DNA from: an uncultured delta proteobacterium
GTDB taxonomy: Bacteria > Myxococcota_A > Polyangia > Polyangiales > Polyangiaceae
Direction of reading: 5' to 3'
NCBI GenBank assembly: GCA_963782055.1
Contig: CAWAIF010000003.1
Coordinates: forward strand, 4,672,001-4,736,000
Length of the DNA stretch: 64,000 bases
Shown: in pieces, positions 19,677-28,886 of the stretch
Layout: every line of letters starts with the position of its first letter
Numbering within the stretch: the first letter of the stretch is position 1
Notes under the pieces: generated by a model
Seen by the model: only the letters and a program-made list of their open reading frames with translations
The model's database searches: none
What the model was told of the DNA's origin: nothing
Translations under genes and position numbers: made by a program

Positions 19677-20450
19677 ATGTCGGTGTCTATCGCACTCGAG
19701 AACAAGGTCGCCATCGTCACCGGCGGCACGCGCGGCATCGGCGAGGCCATCGCGACCACGTTCGTCGAGCATGGGGCGAAGGTCGTGGTGGCCTCCCGCA
19801 AGGAAGACGCCGTCCGCGCCACCGCCGAGAAGCTGAACGCCCTGCGCCCGGGGAGCGCCGCAGGCATCACGGCCCACACCGGCAAGGAAGCGGACTGCAA
19901 GAACCTGGTCAAGAAGGCAGTCGAGACCTTCGGCAAGGTGGACGTGCTGGTGAACAACGCCGGCACCAACCCGCACTTCGGCCCGGTGCTGGACGTGGAC
20001 ATGGCCGCCTGGGACAAGACCTTCGAGGTCAACCTGAAGGGCTACTTCTGGCTCATCCGGGAGGTGGTCCACCACCTGCGCGGCCGCGACGCCGACCACG
20101 GGGCCATCGTGAACGTGGCGAGCATCGTCGCCCTGCGCGCCGCGCCGCTGCAGGGCGTCTACGGCATGACCAAGGCTGCGGTGATCGCCATGACCAAGAC
20201 CCTCGCCTACGAGCTGGGTTCCTCCAAGATCCGCGTCAACGCCATCGCCCCCGGGCTGGTGGACACGCGCCTCTCCGCCGCCATCGTCGGCAACGACGTC
20301 CTGCTCAACGAGCTCATGCGTCGCACGCCGCTGGGACGCTACGCCACCCCGGATGAGGTGGCGGGCACCGCCCTCTACCTCGCCAGCGACGCCGCCTCGT
20401 ACGTGACGGGGGAGGTCGTGGTCGTCGACGGCGGCATGACGGTCTCGTAA
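19677..20450 (+). CDS. Short-chain dehydrogenase/reductase
   Basis: TGGTRGIG, NNAG, YGMTK, IRVNAIAPG. Confidence 0.92.
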   Translation: MSVSIALENKVAIVTGGTRGIGEAIATTFVEHGAKVVVASRKEDAVRATAEKLNALRPGSAAGITAHTGKEADCKNLVKKAVETFGKVDVLVNNAGTNPHFGPVLDVDMAAWDKTFEVNLKGYFWLIREVVHHLRGRDADHGAIVNVASIVALRAAPLQGVYGMTKAAVIAMTKTLAYELGSSKIRVNAIAPGLVDTRLSAAIVGNDVLLNELMRRTPLGRYATPDEVAGTALYLASDAASYVTGEVVVVDGGMTVS

Positions 20451-20498
20451 AATTCACATCTTCGAGCCGGGACGAGCAAGGGGCGTGAGAAGTACTCC

Positions 20499-22022
20499 GT
20501 GGACATGAAGGAGGGCCAGACGATCGCCGGGAAGTACCGGCTGCATCACCTGCTCGGAACGGGCGGGATGGCCACCGTCTGGTCTGCGACCAACGTCTTC
20601 ACCGACCGCCAGTTCGCCATCAAGTTCCTGCTGCCCAACGTCGCCAAGACGCCCGAGGCCTCCCGCCGCTTCCTCATGGAGGCGAAGGTGAGCGGCCGCG
20701 TGCAGCACCCCAACATCATCGAGGTGATGGACGTCGGCCAGGCCGAGGACGGCGTGCTCTTTCTGGTGATGGAGCTCCTGCAGGGCGTCTCGCTGGAGAT
20801 GGCCATGCGCCAGCAGAGCCCGCCGATGAGCCTCTACGAGTTCGCCGGCGTGATGACCGACGTGGCGCGCGCCCTCGCGGCGGCGCACCGCGGCGGCGTC
20901 ATCCACCGCGACCTCAAGCCCTCCAACATCTTCATGCACAAGGACCGCGGCGGCATCGCGGTGCCCAAGGTGCTCGACTTCGGCGTCAGCAAGTTCCTCC
21001 TGGACGACGACCGCAACAACGCCCTCACCGTCGCCGGCACCGTGCTCGGCTCGCCGCTGTACATGAGCCCGGAGCAGGCCGTCGGCGCGAGCGACATCGA
21101 CCACCGCACCGACGTCTTCGCCTTCGGCGCCATCCTCTTCGAGGGCCTCTGCGGCTTCCGCGCCTACGACGCGCCCAACTTCAACGCGCTCATCGTCACC
21201 ATCGCCACCCAGCAGCCGAAGAGCATCGACCAGTACGGCGCGCACCTGCCGGAGAGCCTGCGCGCCATCGTGCGCGACTGCATGGTCACCGATCGCAAGA
21301 AGCGCATCGCCGGCTTCGATCAGGTCGTCGAGCGCATGACCGCGCTGCTCCCGGAGCTCGAGCACAACCCGCTGCGATTGCCGGCGCCCATCCAGCGCGA
21401 TTCCCGCCCCCCGCCGGACCCGGAGTCCACCAGCGCCATGCCGGCGATCGTCCGGCCGAGCGACAGGCCTCCCTCCTTCCACGAGGGGCCGCCGCCCGTC
21501 TCCGCGTCGCAGGCGCCCTGGGCCGGCTCCCTTCCCGGCGTCCGGCCGAAGCGCACCCCCGTGCTGCTCTTCGCCGCGGTGGGGATGCTCCTGGCCTCCA
21601 TCCTCATCGTGGGCGTGCTCGTGCTGGCCGTCGCGCGCCGGCACTTCCGCTCGGTCGCCGCCGCGGCGTCCACGCCCGCCGCGGCTTCGGTCGTCGCGCA
21701 GGCCGACCCCGCGCCCACCACCTCCGCCTCGGCGGACGTCCCCGTCATCAACATCGACTCGCTGCCGGTCGCGTCGGCGTCCGCCTCGAAGCACACCGTC
21801 GTCCCGCGCGGCCGGGGCCGCCTCTACGTCGACGCGTCGCCGCACTGGTGCACCGTCAGCGTCGACGGCAAGGTTCGCGGCCCGACGCCCCTCGCCAACC
21901 TGAGCGTATCTGCCGGCCCGCACACCCTGCGGTGCGAGACCTCCGGCGGCGTCGCCAAGACCGTCACCATCACCGTCTACGGAGGGCAGACGGTGCGCCA
22001 CAAGTTCGCGACGAGCCCCTGA
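20499..22022 (+). CDS. Membrane Ser/Thr protein kinase with C-terminal PEGA-like domain
   Basis: GTGGMATV, HRDLKPSN, DFG, YMSPE; TM; VDGKVRGPTPL..G.H. Confidence 0.92.
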   Translation: MDMKEGQTIAGKYRLHHLLGTGGMATVWSATNVFTDRQFAIKFLLPNVAKTPEASRRFLMEAKVSGRVQHPNIIEVMDVGQAEDGVLFLVMELLQGVSLEMAMRQQSPPMSLYEFAGVMTDVARALAAAHRGGVIHRDLKPSNIFMHKDRGGIAVPKVLDFGVSKFLLDDDRNNALTVAGTVLGSPLYMSPEQAVGASDIDHRTDVFAFGAILFEGLCGFRAYDAPNFNALIVTIATQQPKSIDQYGAHLPESLRAIVRDCMVTDRKKRIAGFDQVVERMTALLPELEHNPLRLPAPIQRDSRPPPDPESTSAMPAIVRPSDRPPSFHEGPPPVSASQAPWAGSLPGVRPKRTPVLLFAAVGMLLASILIVGVLVLAVARRHFRSVAAAASTPAAASVVAQADPAPTTSASADVPVINIDSLPVASASASKHTVVPRGRGRLYVDASPHWCTVSVDGKVRGPTPLANLSVSAGPHTLRCETSGGVAKTVTITVYGGQTVRHKFATSP

Positions 22023-22027
22023 GCGCC

Positions 22028-23185
22028 ATGTCGCCGCCGCGCCCGCGCACGGTCGCCGTCGCCTGTGCAGCCTTCGGGGTGCTCGTGGCGGCCCGCTGCT
22101 CGCGGCCCCCCAACGGCCCGCCGGAGCCGCGGGCCGGGGGCGACGCGACCATCGGCCCGGCGCCGGACATCGCCCCCGCGCAGGACGCCGCAGACGAGGC
22201 GCCGTACCTGGACGCGACCGGCGCCCTCCTGGACGCCGCGAGCGACGCGCCGGACGACGCGGACCTCGCGGACATCGACGCCGAACCGCCGGACGACCCG
22301 ATGGCCCTGCACCAGGACACCCGCGCCGGCCTGCTCGCCCTCATCGACCTGCGCGACTTCACCCCCGCGCAGCTCAAGGTCGTGCGGCCGGACATCTTCC
22401 TGCGCCTCAACGTGGGCCCCGCCGTCACGCGCATGAACCAGGGCAACAAGGCCATCGCCCACCACGCGATCGGCCGCCGCGCCTGCTTGCGCGGCTTGCA
22501 AGGCGTGGTGCTGCAGACGCCGGAGCAGCGCGCGCGCTGCGGCGCGCCCTACATGGTGCCCATCTACAAGAAGGGCGACCCGAAGAGCGCACACTACTGC
22601 ATGGACATCTTCGAGTTCCCGGACAAGCCGTGCGAGCTGCCCTTCGTCTGGGCGGCGCCCACCCACGCGGCCACCATGTGCGCGCTGCAGGGCAAGCGCC
22701 TCTGCACCGAGGCGGAGTGGAACCTGGCGTGCCGCGCCGACCCCGCCGGCGGCGCGGACACGACCTACGCCTACGGCGACGAGCTCGACCTCACCATCTG
22801 CAACACCGACAAGCCGCGCGGCGCGAGCAACAAGTGCCGCCCGGCCACGGCGAAGATGGCGTGGGAGACGTGCAGCACCGACACCGAGCCCTCCGGCGCC
22901 TTCCCCCGGTGCCGCTCGCGCTTCGGCGTCTACGATCAGCACGGCAACGTCGCCGAGATCATGACCCGCCACGACAAGAACGGGACGCTGGTCTCGCAGC
23001 TCAAGGGCAGCGCATTCTTCTACGCCGAGGTCGCGCAGAAGCCCGGCGAGCGCGGCCGCCCCGGCAGCTACCCCGACCACTGCAACTTCGACCCCCGCTG
23101 GCATGTCGAGGCGATGGACCACGCCTGGCACGTCAACTACCACCTGGGCTTCCGCTGCTGTAAGTCGATCCCCCCCGAGCCTTGA
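22028..23185 (+). CDS. FGE-sulfatase domain protein
   Basis: GKRLCTEAEW, FGVYDQHGNVAE, GFRCC. Confidence 0.82.
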   Translation: MSPPRPRTVAVACAAFGVLVAARCSRPPNGPPEPRAGGDATIGPAPDIAPAQDAADEAPYLDATGALLDAASDAPDDADLADIDAEPPDDPMALHQDTRAGLLALIDLRDFTPAQLKVVRPDIFLRLNVGPAVTRMNQGNKAIAHHAIGRRACLRGLQGVVLQTPEQRARCGAPYMVPIYKKGDPKSAHYCMDIFEFPDKPCELPFVWAAPTHAATMCALQGKRLCTEAEWNLACRADPAGGADTTYAYGDELDLTICNTDKPRGASNKCRPATAKMAWETCSTDTEPSGAFPRCRSRFGVYDQHGNVAEIMTRHDKNGTLVSQLKGSAFFYAEVAQKPGERGRPGSYPDHCNFDPRWHVEAMDHAWHVNYHLGFRCCKSIPPEP

Positions 23186-23205
23186 GCCGTAGCCGGGGCT
23201 GCGGG

Positions 23206-24009
23206 CTACAGCCCGCCGAGCAGCACGCCGCGCTCGCCCAGATCCGCCAGCAGCCGCGCCACCGACGCCAGCACCTCGTCGTCCATCGCGCGCCCGCGCT
23301 CCTCGCACGCGCCCTTCACCGCGTCGCCCAGCGCCTCCCCGCGCTCCACCCGCGCGATCACCGAGTACGCCAGCGGCGAGAGCTCCAGGAAGCGCACCGC
23401 GTGCTCCTCGTCGCGGTACGCGAGCAGGAAGGTCTCCCCCGCCTCCGGCGTCTCGCGGGCATCCTCCTCGGCGGAGAGCCGGTGCACCGCGTGCCCGAGC
23501 GCGAGCAGCCGCATCACGGCGGTGAGCACCAGCGGCCGGTCCAGCGCCAGCTCGGCGAGGCCCGGCGGCTCGGCCAGGTCCGGCGCGGACGCGACGGCGA
23601 CCTCGGCCAGCTCCAGCTCGGCGAGATCGGCCAGGTACCCGGGCAGCTCGGCGCGCGCGCGCCATCGCGGCGACGCCCACGCCACGAGCTCGCCCGGCAC
23701 GTCCTTGACGTAGTGCGTGCGCGGCCCGACCTCGTGCAGGAAGGCGTCGACCTCGGCGTCGAAGGCGCCCTCCTGCGCGGCGTTCATGCGCGCGCGCGTG
23801 CGCGCGAGCAGCCGGTAGACCACCCCCTCCAGGGTGTTTCGCACCAGCCGCCGGTAGATGGCGAGCCGCGCCGGCATCATCGCGTCGATGTCGCGGGCGT
23901 CGACCCCGCGCCGCTCCAGGAAGCCGCGCGGATCGCGCGCCAGCTCTTCCCCGGCGCCCTCCTGGAGGCAAGCATCGGCGATGGCCTGCTGCAGGCTGCG
24001 GTCCGCCAT
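23206..24009 (-). CDS. DUF2063-type MNIO partner protein (putative DNA-binding/RRE domain)
   Basis: RLAIYRRLVRN, YLADLAELELAE motifs; TGATG coupling to the DUF692 gene. Confidence 0.82.
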   Translation of the reverse strand: MADRSLQQAIADACLQEGAGEELARDPRGFLERRGVDARDIDAMMPARLAIYRRLVRNTLEGVVYRLLARTRARMNAAQEGAFDAEVDAFLHEVGPRTHYVKDVPGELVAWASPRWRARAELPGYLADLAELELAEVAVASAPDLAEPPGLAELALDRPLVLTAVMRLLALGHAVHRLSAEEDARETPEAGETFLLAYRDEEHAVRFLELSPLAYSVIARVERGEALGDAVKGACEERGRAMDDEVLASVARLLADLGERGVLLGGL

Positions 24010-24896
24010 CACCCCGTCCGCTCTCGTTCCCCCTCCCCCTCCAGCGGGAGGGAGGCCGGGAGGGTGAGTCCGCGGATGCGCTCGATCTCCGCGAGCAGCC
24101 CTGCCAGGGGCGGCACGTTGTTGTCGCGCTCCAGCACGATGGGCACCGGGCCGGTGCGCGGCAGCACGCGCCCGAGCAGCGCGAGCACCGGATCGCAGAC
24201 GTCGGCGCCGTGCGTGTCCAGGACGATCGAGCCGCTCGCGCCCGGCACGAAGTCGCCCTCGTCGAAGTGCTCGTGCCCCGCCACGTGGATCTGCACCGTG
24301 CGCTCCAGCGGCGCGACGCGCAGCCACTCGTCGACGTCGAAGCCGAAGTTGTGCGCGTTCACGTAGGCGTTGTTCACGTCCAGCATCAGCCCGCAGTCCG
24401 CGCGATCGCACACCCGCGCGATGAACTCCGGCTCGCTCATGCCCCGCGCGCCGGGGTGGACGTAGAAGCTGATGTTCTCGACGGCCATCGGCACGCCCAG
24501 CGTGTCCTGCGCGCGCCGCACCCTCTCGGCGACGCGATCGGCGGTGGCCTCGGTGAACCCGAGCGGGAGCAGATCGTGGAGCATGACGCCGCGCGCGGAG
24601 CCGAAGCAGAGGTGATCGGAGTGCCAGGGAGCGCGCACGTCCCGGAGGAAGGCGCGGAGCTCGCGCAGGTATTCGGCATCCAGCGGGTCGGCGCCGCCGA
24701 GCGACATGGTGAGCCCGTGCGTGAGGACGGGGAAGCGCCCGGCCAGGTGCGAGAGCGCGGCAGGGAAGTAGCCCCCGCGGCGCATGTAGTTCTCCGGCGA
24801 GATCTCCAGGAAGTCGATGGGCCGGGTGGTCTCGGCGTCGGCGGCGAGGAGCTCGTCGATGAACTCCCACCGCAGCCCGAGGCCGACGCCCCTCAT
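24009..24896 (-). CDS. DUF692 family multinuclear non-heme iron oxidative enzyme (MNIO)
   Basis: GVGLGLR, EISPENY, HGL, SDHLCF, HDLLPL, ENISFY, LDVNNAYVN, IHVAGH, DTHG, LERD. Confidence 0.93.
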   Translation of the reverse strand: MRGVGLGLRWEFIDELLAADAETTRPIDFLEISPENYMRRGGYFPAALSHLAGRFPVLTHGLTMSLGGADPLDAEYLRELRAFLRDVRAPWHSDHLCFGSARGVMLHDLLPLGFTEATADRVAERVRRAQDTLGVPMAVENISFYVHPGARGMSEPEFIARVCDRADCGLMLDVNNAYVNAHNFGFDVDEWLRVAPLERTVQIHVAGHEHFDEGDFVPGASGSIVLDTHGADVCDPVLALLGRVLPRTGPVPIVLERDNNVPPLAGLLAEIERIRGLTLPASLPLEGEGERERTG

Positions 24897-24899
24897 GCC

Positions 24900-25382
24900 C
24901 TACTTCTTCTTCGGGTCCGCCGCGCAGGTGCCCGCGCCGCAGCTCGCGTTGGCCGCCTTGGGCGACTTGTGCTTCGGCGGGGTGTGCTTCTTCGGCTTCG
25001 GCGGAGGCGTCGTGGTCGCGGTCGTCGGGGCGGGCGGCGGCTTCGCGTCCTTCGACGCATCGGTGGGCTGTACCCCGTCGCCCGAGCCGCTCGCCGCGCC
25101 CGAGGGCGGCGTGGTGCTCGCCGTGTCGCCCAGCGCGCCGCCACCCTTCGGCGTGGCCCCGCAGGACGCCGCCGGCGTGTCGGGCGCGGCCTTCGGCTTG
25201 GCGCCGCAGCTCGCGTTCGACGAGCCGGCGTTGCCGCCGTTCTGCGTGGAGGTGACCTCGGTGGAGCTCGCCGGCGACTGCGCGGCGGGCGCGGCGCCCC
25301 CGCAGGCGGCGAGCACGACGGCCGAGCTGCCCAGCGCGGCGAGCGTGGAGGCGATGTTCTTGAGCGAGAGGTTGGGACGCAT
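24900..25382 (-). CDS. Putative MNIO substrate: 160-aa low-complexity lipoprotein with three ASCGA motifs
   Basis: GAGGAG RBS, lipobox LAAC; NASCGAKPK, AASCGATPK, NASCGAGTCAADPKKK; stop 3 nt before the DUF692 start. Confidence 0.8.
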   Translation of the reverse strand: MRPNLSLKNIASTLAALGSSAVVLAACGGAAPAAQSPASSTEVTSTQNGGNAGSSNASCGAKPKAAPDTPAASCGATPKGGGALGDTASTTPPSGAASGSGDGVQPTDASKDAKPPPAPTTATTTPPPKPKKHTPPKHKSPKAANASCGAGTCAADPKKK

Positions 25383-25402
25383 GCGGTGTGGGCTCCTCTT
25401 CT

Positions 25403-26209
25403 TCAGTCTACATGTCCGAGCGTGGCGTGCAGGTCGAGCGTGACGTCGGCCGTCTTGGCGACCTTGGCGACGAGGCTGGTGGTCCACGCGGTGAGCTTGC
25501 CGATGTTGTCGCGCGGCTTCACGTCGTGCTCGGCGAGGGTCACCTCCATCGGTTTTTTACTACGCACGTCCACCTTCGTTGGTTTCGACGTGGGGGTGCT
25601 GCCGGCAGCGTAGTGGAAGCGCGCCTCCACCGGCACGTCCTTCTGGACCTTGTGGCCGTGGAGCAGGAAGTCGCCGTGCACCGTGGCCGTGACGGTGCGG
25701 ATGTCCTCGCCGCTCTCGCTCTTGGGAGGGACCTTCGACAGATCGGTGGCGCTCAGGCCGTCGACCGACTGGATGGCGAAGACCACGTACTGGTTGGCCG
25801 CCTTGGTCTTGGCGTCGGCGATGTCCCCCACCTCGAGCCAGTTGCGGGCGTGACGCGTCTGCGTGTCGTTCTTGTCCTGGTCGTCGGCGAAGGTGTGCAT
25901 CGTCAGGGTCGTCAGGTCCACCTTCACCTCGCCGCGGGTGTTGGCGAGGTTCCCCAGGTCGATCTGGAGCTGGCCGCCGGCGGCGTCGGTGTCGGCCTTG
26001 ATCTCCTCCTTCAGGCCGGCCATGTCCACGCTGGTCTTGCTCTTGGGGTCGATGTCGTACGTCACCACCATCGCGCTGGCCGGCGGCGCGGCGGCGCTCA
26101 CCGCGCTGGCGGAGGCGGCGAGGTTCACCGGCGGGTCCTTCTTCGAGCACGCAAAGAGCAGCGCGCCCGCCGTCACCACGCCCAGAGCCATCACACCTGC
26201 TCGCTTCAT
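25403..26209 (-). CDS. YceI-like lipoprotein
   Basis: Lipobox LFAC; YDIDP.S.T, GEVKVDLTTL, ATVHGDFLLHG YceI-like beta-barrel pattern. Confidence 0.65.
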   Translation of the reverse strand: MKRAGVMALGVVTAGALLFACSKKDPPVNLAASASAVSAAAPPASAMVVTYDIDPKSKTSVDMAGLKEEIKADTDAAGGQLQIDLGNLANTRGEVKVDLTTLTMHTFADDQDKNDTQTRHARNWLEVGDIADAKTKAANQYVVFAIQSVDGLSATDLSKVPPKSESGEDIRTVTATVHGDFLLHGHKVQKDVPVEARFHYAAGSTPTSKPTKVDVRSKKPMEVTLAEHDVKPRDNIGKLTAWTTSLVAKVAKTADVTLDLHATLGHVD

Positions 26210-26437
26210 CGATCGCTTTCCTTCCGGCCCCCCGCGAGGGCACCCTATCCTACGCGCTCACCCTCTTCTGGTTTCATCGCCTTCGGTGGAGCCTGCGGCT
26301 TGGCCCCAAATTCGCGGACTTTGCGCGGGAGAAGGGTTGCCGTCCAGCCACGAACTTGGCATTCTCCATCACCGTGGCACTGTCATATTCCAGCCTGGGC
26401 GTGGCCCGGCGGATGGTGCCACGAGCGGAGGTGGCCG

Positions 26438-28723
26438 GTGAACGCACGCGCCTGGATCTCGACCCTGTTGTTCGCTCTGGCGCTGCTGGCGGGCGCCTTC
26501 TCCGCGGGCTGCGGCAGCGAGGACCCCATCTCGGTGTTCGACAGCGGCACCGGACAGGACGCGCAGGTCGTCGGGCCGACAGACGCGACGACCTCCGATG
26601 ACAGCCCCTTCTTCCAGAACGACGCGGGCACCACCACCGCGATCACCATCCAGCCGGCAGACCCTGTCGTCGACGTGACCATCGCCGACGGGGTGCTCTC
26701 GACCACGCCGCTCACCTTCCAGGCCATCGCCAACAACACCAGCTCGCCCGTCGCCGCGTCCTTCACCCTGGACCGCGGGGAGCTCGGCGATCTCGTCGCT
26801 GCCACCGGCGTCTTCACCGCGAGCGGCAACGTCAGCGGCACCGGGACGGTCACGGCGACCTTCCAGAACCTCAAGGCCACCACCACGGTGACCGTGCACG
26901 TCACCATCACGCAGAACGGCAAGCCGCAGCTCGACGGCGGCGTGCCCGACGGCGGCACCCTCGGGGGCAACAACGGCGTCGGCGGCAACGACTACGGCGA
27001 CCCGGTGGACAACACCACCAAGACGATCCTCGACGGCCAGGCCCAGAAGCCCCAGAACCAGGCGGAGCTCGGCTGGCTCTACCCGTACGACAAGACAGTC
27101 TGGCCGCGCGGGGTGCTCGCCCCGCTGCTGCAGTGGCAGACGACGCACACCATCCAGGCGGTGCGCATCCACCTGGAGCAGAAGAACTTCACCTTCGACG
27201 GCTATTACGCGGGCAACGCGCTGATCAACGAGCCCGTCGACCAGACGGCGTGGAAGAAGGCGCTCTACGGCAACGGGGGCGACCCGCTCCACGTCGACCT
27301 CTACGTGACCGACGGCACCACCAACTTCGGCCCCATCTCGGAGGACTGGCTGGTGGCGCCCGGCACGCTGAAGGGCACCGTCTACTACAACTCGTACAAC
27401 TCGCGGCTCACGACCGGCTCCAACGGGGTGGTGCTCTCCATCAAGCCGGGGGCGGTGGCGCCGGACCTGGCCGTCCCGGGCACCGACACCAAGTGCCACG
27501 TCTGCCACGAGGTCTCCAGCGACGGCTCGACGCTCTTCGTCCAGGACGACACCTACTCCGACGGCGCCTCGTACGACCTCACCAACAACAACGGCACGCC
27601 CATCGCGACGTACAGCGGCACCGCCTCCGACGGCACGTCCAACAACCGCAAGTTCCTCTGGTCGGGCGTCTACCCCGACGGCACCTTCGCCATGAGCAAC
27701 GCGCGGCACGCGCGCGAGCACGCCAGCATCGACTCCAACCTCTTCAAGCGCTCCGACGGCACCAAGATCGCCACCAGCGGGTGGACGAGCGCGGTGACCT
27801 CCGCCGTCACGCCCGCCTTCTCCCCGGACGGCAAGCGCCTCGCCTTCAACTTCTGGGAGGGCCCCGGCGCCAACGGCGTGACCGCCGGCGCGGGCCACTC
27901 GCTCGACATCATCGACTTCGACTGCGGCCAGGCCGATGGCGGCAAGACGTGCGGCAGCCCCCCGTACGCCTTCTCCAACCTCCGTGAGCTCTACAAGGAC
28001 AGCAACCGCTGGGTGGGCTGGCCGGGCTTCACGCCCGACGGCCAGGGCATCGTCTTCCACGACACCGTCAAGGCGGGGAGCTGCGGCGACTGCGAGATCG
28101 CCACGTGGAACGGCGCGCAGGCGGAGCTCTGGTACACCGACGTCGCGCAGAACAACAAGCCGGTGCGCATGAACGCGCTCGATGGCCTGGACGCCAACAA
28201 CACGAGCTACCTGCCCACCAACAACAAGCACCCCGACGACACCATCCTCAACTACGAGCCGACGGTGAACCCCATCGCCTCCGGCGGGTACTTCTGGGTG
28301 GTGTTCACCACCCGGCGCATGTACGGCAACGTCGCCGCGGGCGATCCGTACGACAACGGCAACGGCACCTACCCCATCCCCAAGAAGCTCTGGGTCGCCG
28401 CGGTGGACATCAACCCGACGCCCGGCACCGATCCCTCGCACCCCGCCTTCTACCTGCCCGGCCAGGAGATCAACGCGGGCAACCTGCGCGGCTTCTGGGT
28501 CGTCGACCCCTGCAAGTCCAACGGCAACACCTGCGAGACCGGCGACGAGTGCTGCGGCGGCTTCTGCCGCAAGGACCCCGAGGGTGGCGGCTACGTCTGC
28601 ACCGACACGCCGCCCCCCGGCTGCTCGCAGGAGTTCGAGAAGTGCTCGAGCGATGGCGACTGCTGCGGCAACCCGCAGATCAAGTGCATCAACGGGTTCT
28701 GCGCGAAGCCCAAGCCGAACTGA
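26438..28723 (+). CDS. Large lipoprotein: Ig-like region, CxxCH motif, PD40/TolB-like propeller, C-terminal Cys-knot-like repeats (paralog 1)
   Basis: GGAGG RBS, lipobox SAGC, CHVCH, PAFSPDGKRLAF, PGFTPDG, CC-containing tail. Confidence 0.8.
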   Translation: MNARAWISTLLFALALLAGAFSAGCGSEDPISVFDSGTGQDAQVVGPTDATTSDDSPFFQNDAGTTTAITIQPADPVVDVTIADGVLSTTPLTFQAIANNTSSPVAASFTLDRGELGDLVAATGVFTASGNVSGTGTVTATFQNLKATTTVTVHVTITQNGKPQLDGGVPDGGTLGGNNGVGGNDYGDPVDNTTKTILDGQAQKPQNQAELGWLYPYDKTVWPRGVLAPLLQWQTTHTIQAVRIHLEQKNFTFDGYYAGNALINEPVDQTAWKKALYGNGGDPLHVDLYVTDGTTNFGPISEDWLVAPGTLKGTVYYNSYNSRLTTGSNGVVLSIKPGAVAPDLAVPGTDTKCHVCHEVSSDGSTLFVQDDTYSDGASYDLTNNNGTPIATYSGTASDGTSNNRKFLWSGVYPDGTFAMSNARHAREHASIDSNLFKRSDGTKIATSGWTSAVTSAVTPAFSPDGKRLAFNFWEGPGANGVTAGAGHSLDIIDFDCGQADGGKTCGSPPYAFSNLRELYKDSNRWVGWPGFTPDGQGIVFHDTVKAGSCGDCEIATWNGAQAELWYTDVAQNNKPVRMNALDGLDANNTSYLPTNNKHPDDTILNYEPTVNPIASGGYFWVVFTTRRMYGNVAAGDPYDNGNGTYPIPKKLWVAAVDINPTPGTDPSHPAFYLPGQEINAGNLRGFWVVDPCKSNGNTCETGDECCGGFCRKDPEGGGYVCTDTPPPGCSQEFEKCSSDGDCCGNPQIKCINGFCAKPKPN

Positions 28724-28831
28724 GCGCCCGCACGGAGCGCTGCGGGTGGTGGTGGGACGAAGATCCACCAGGCGTGCGTCCCTCGCGACCTGTCGCGAGC
28801 TGATTCGAGGGAAGGGAGCCGGGTTGACCCC

Positions 28832-28847
28832 TGGCACCCTCCGTGCT
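28832..28847 (+). promoter_or_regulatory. Putative sigma54 promoter
   Basis: TGGCACCCTCCGTGCT, GG-N10-GC, 40 nt upstream of ATG 28887. Confidence 0.5.
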
Positions 28848-28886
28848 TTGCGCGGCGGCGGAAGTTTGCGTCCGCACTGGAGCCCC

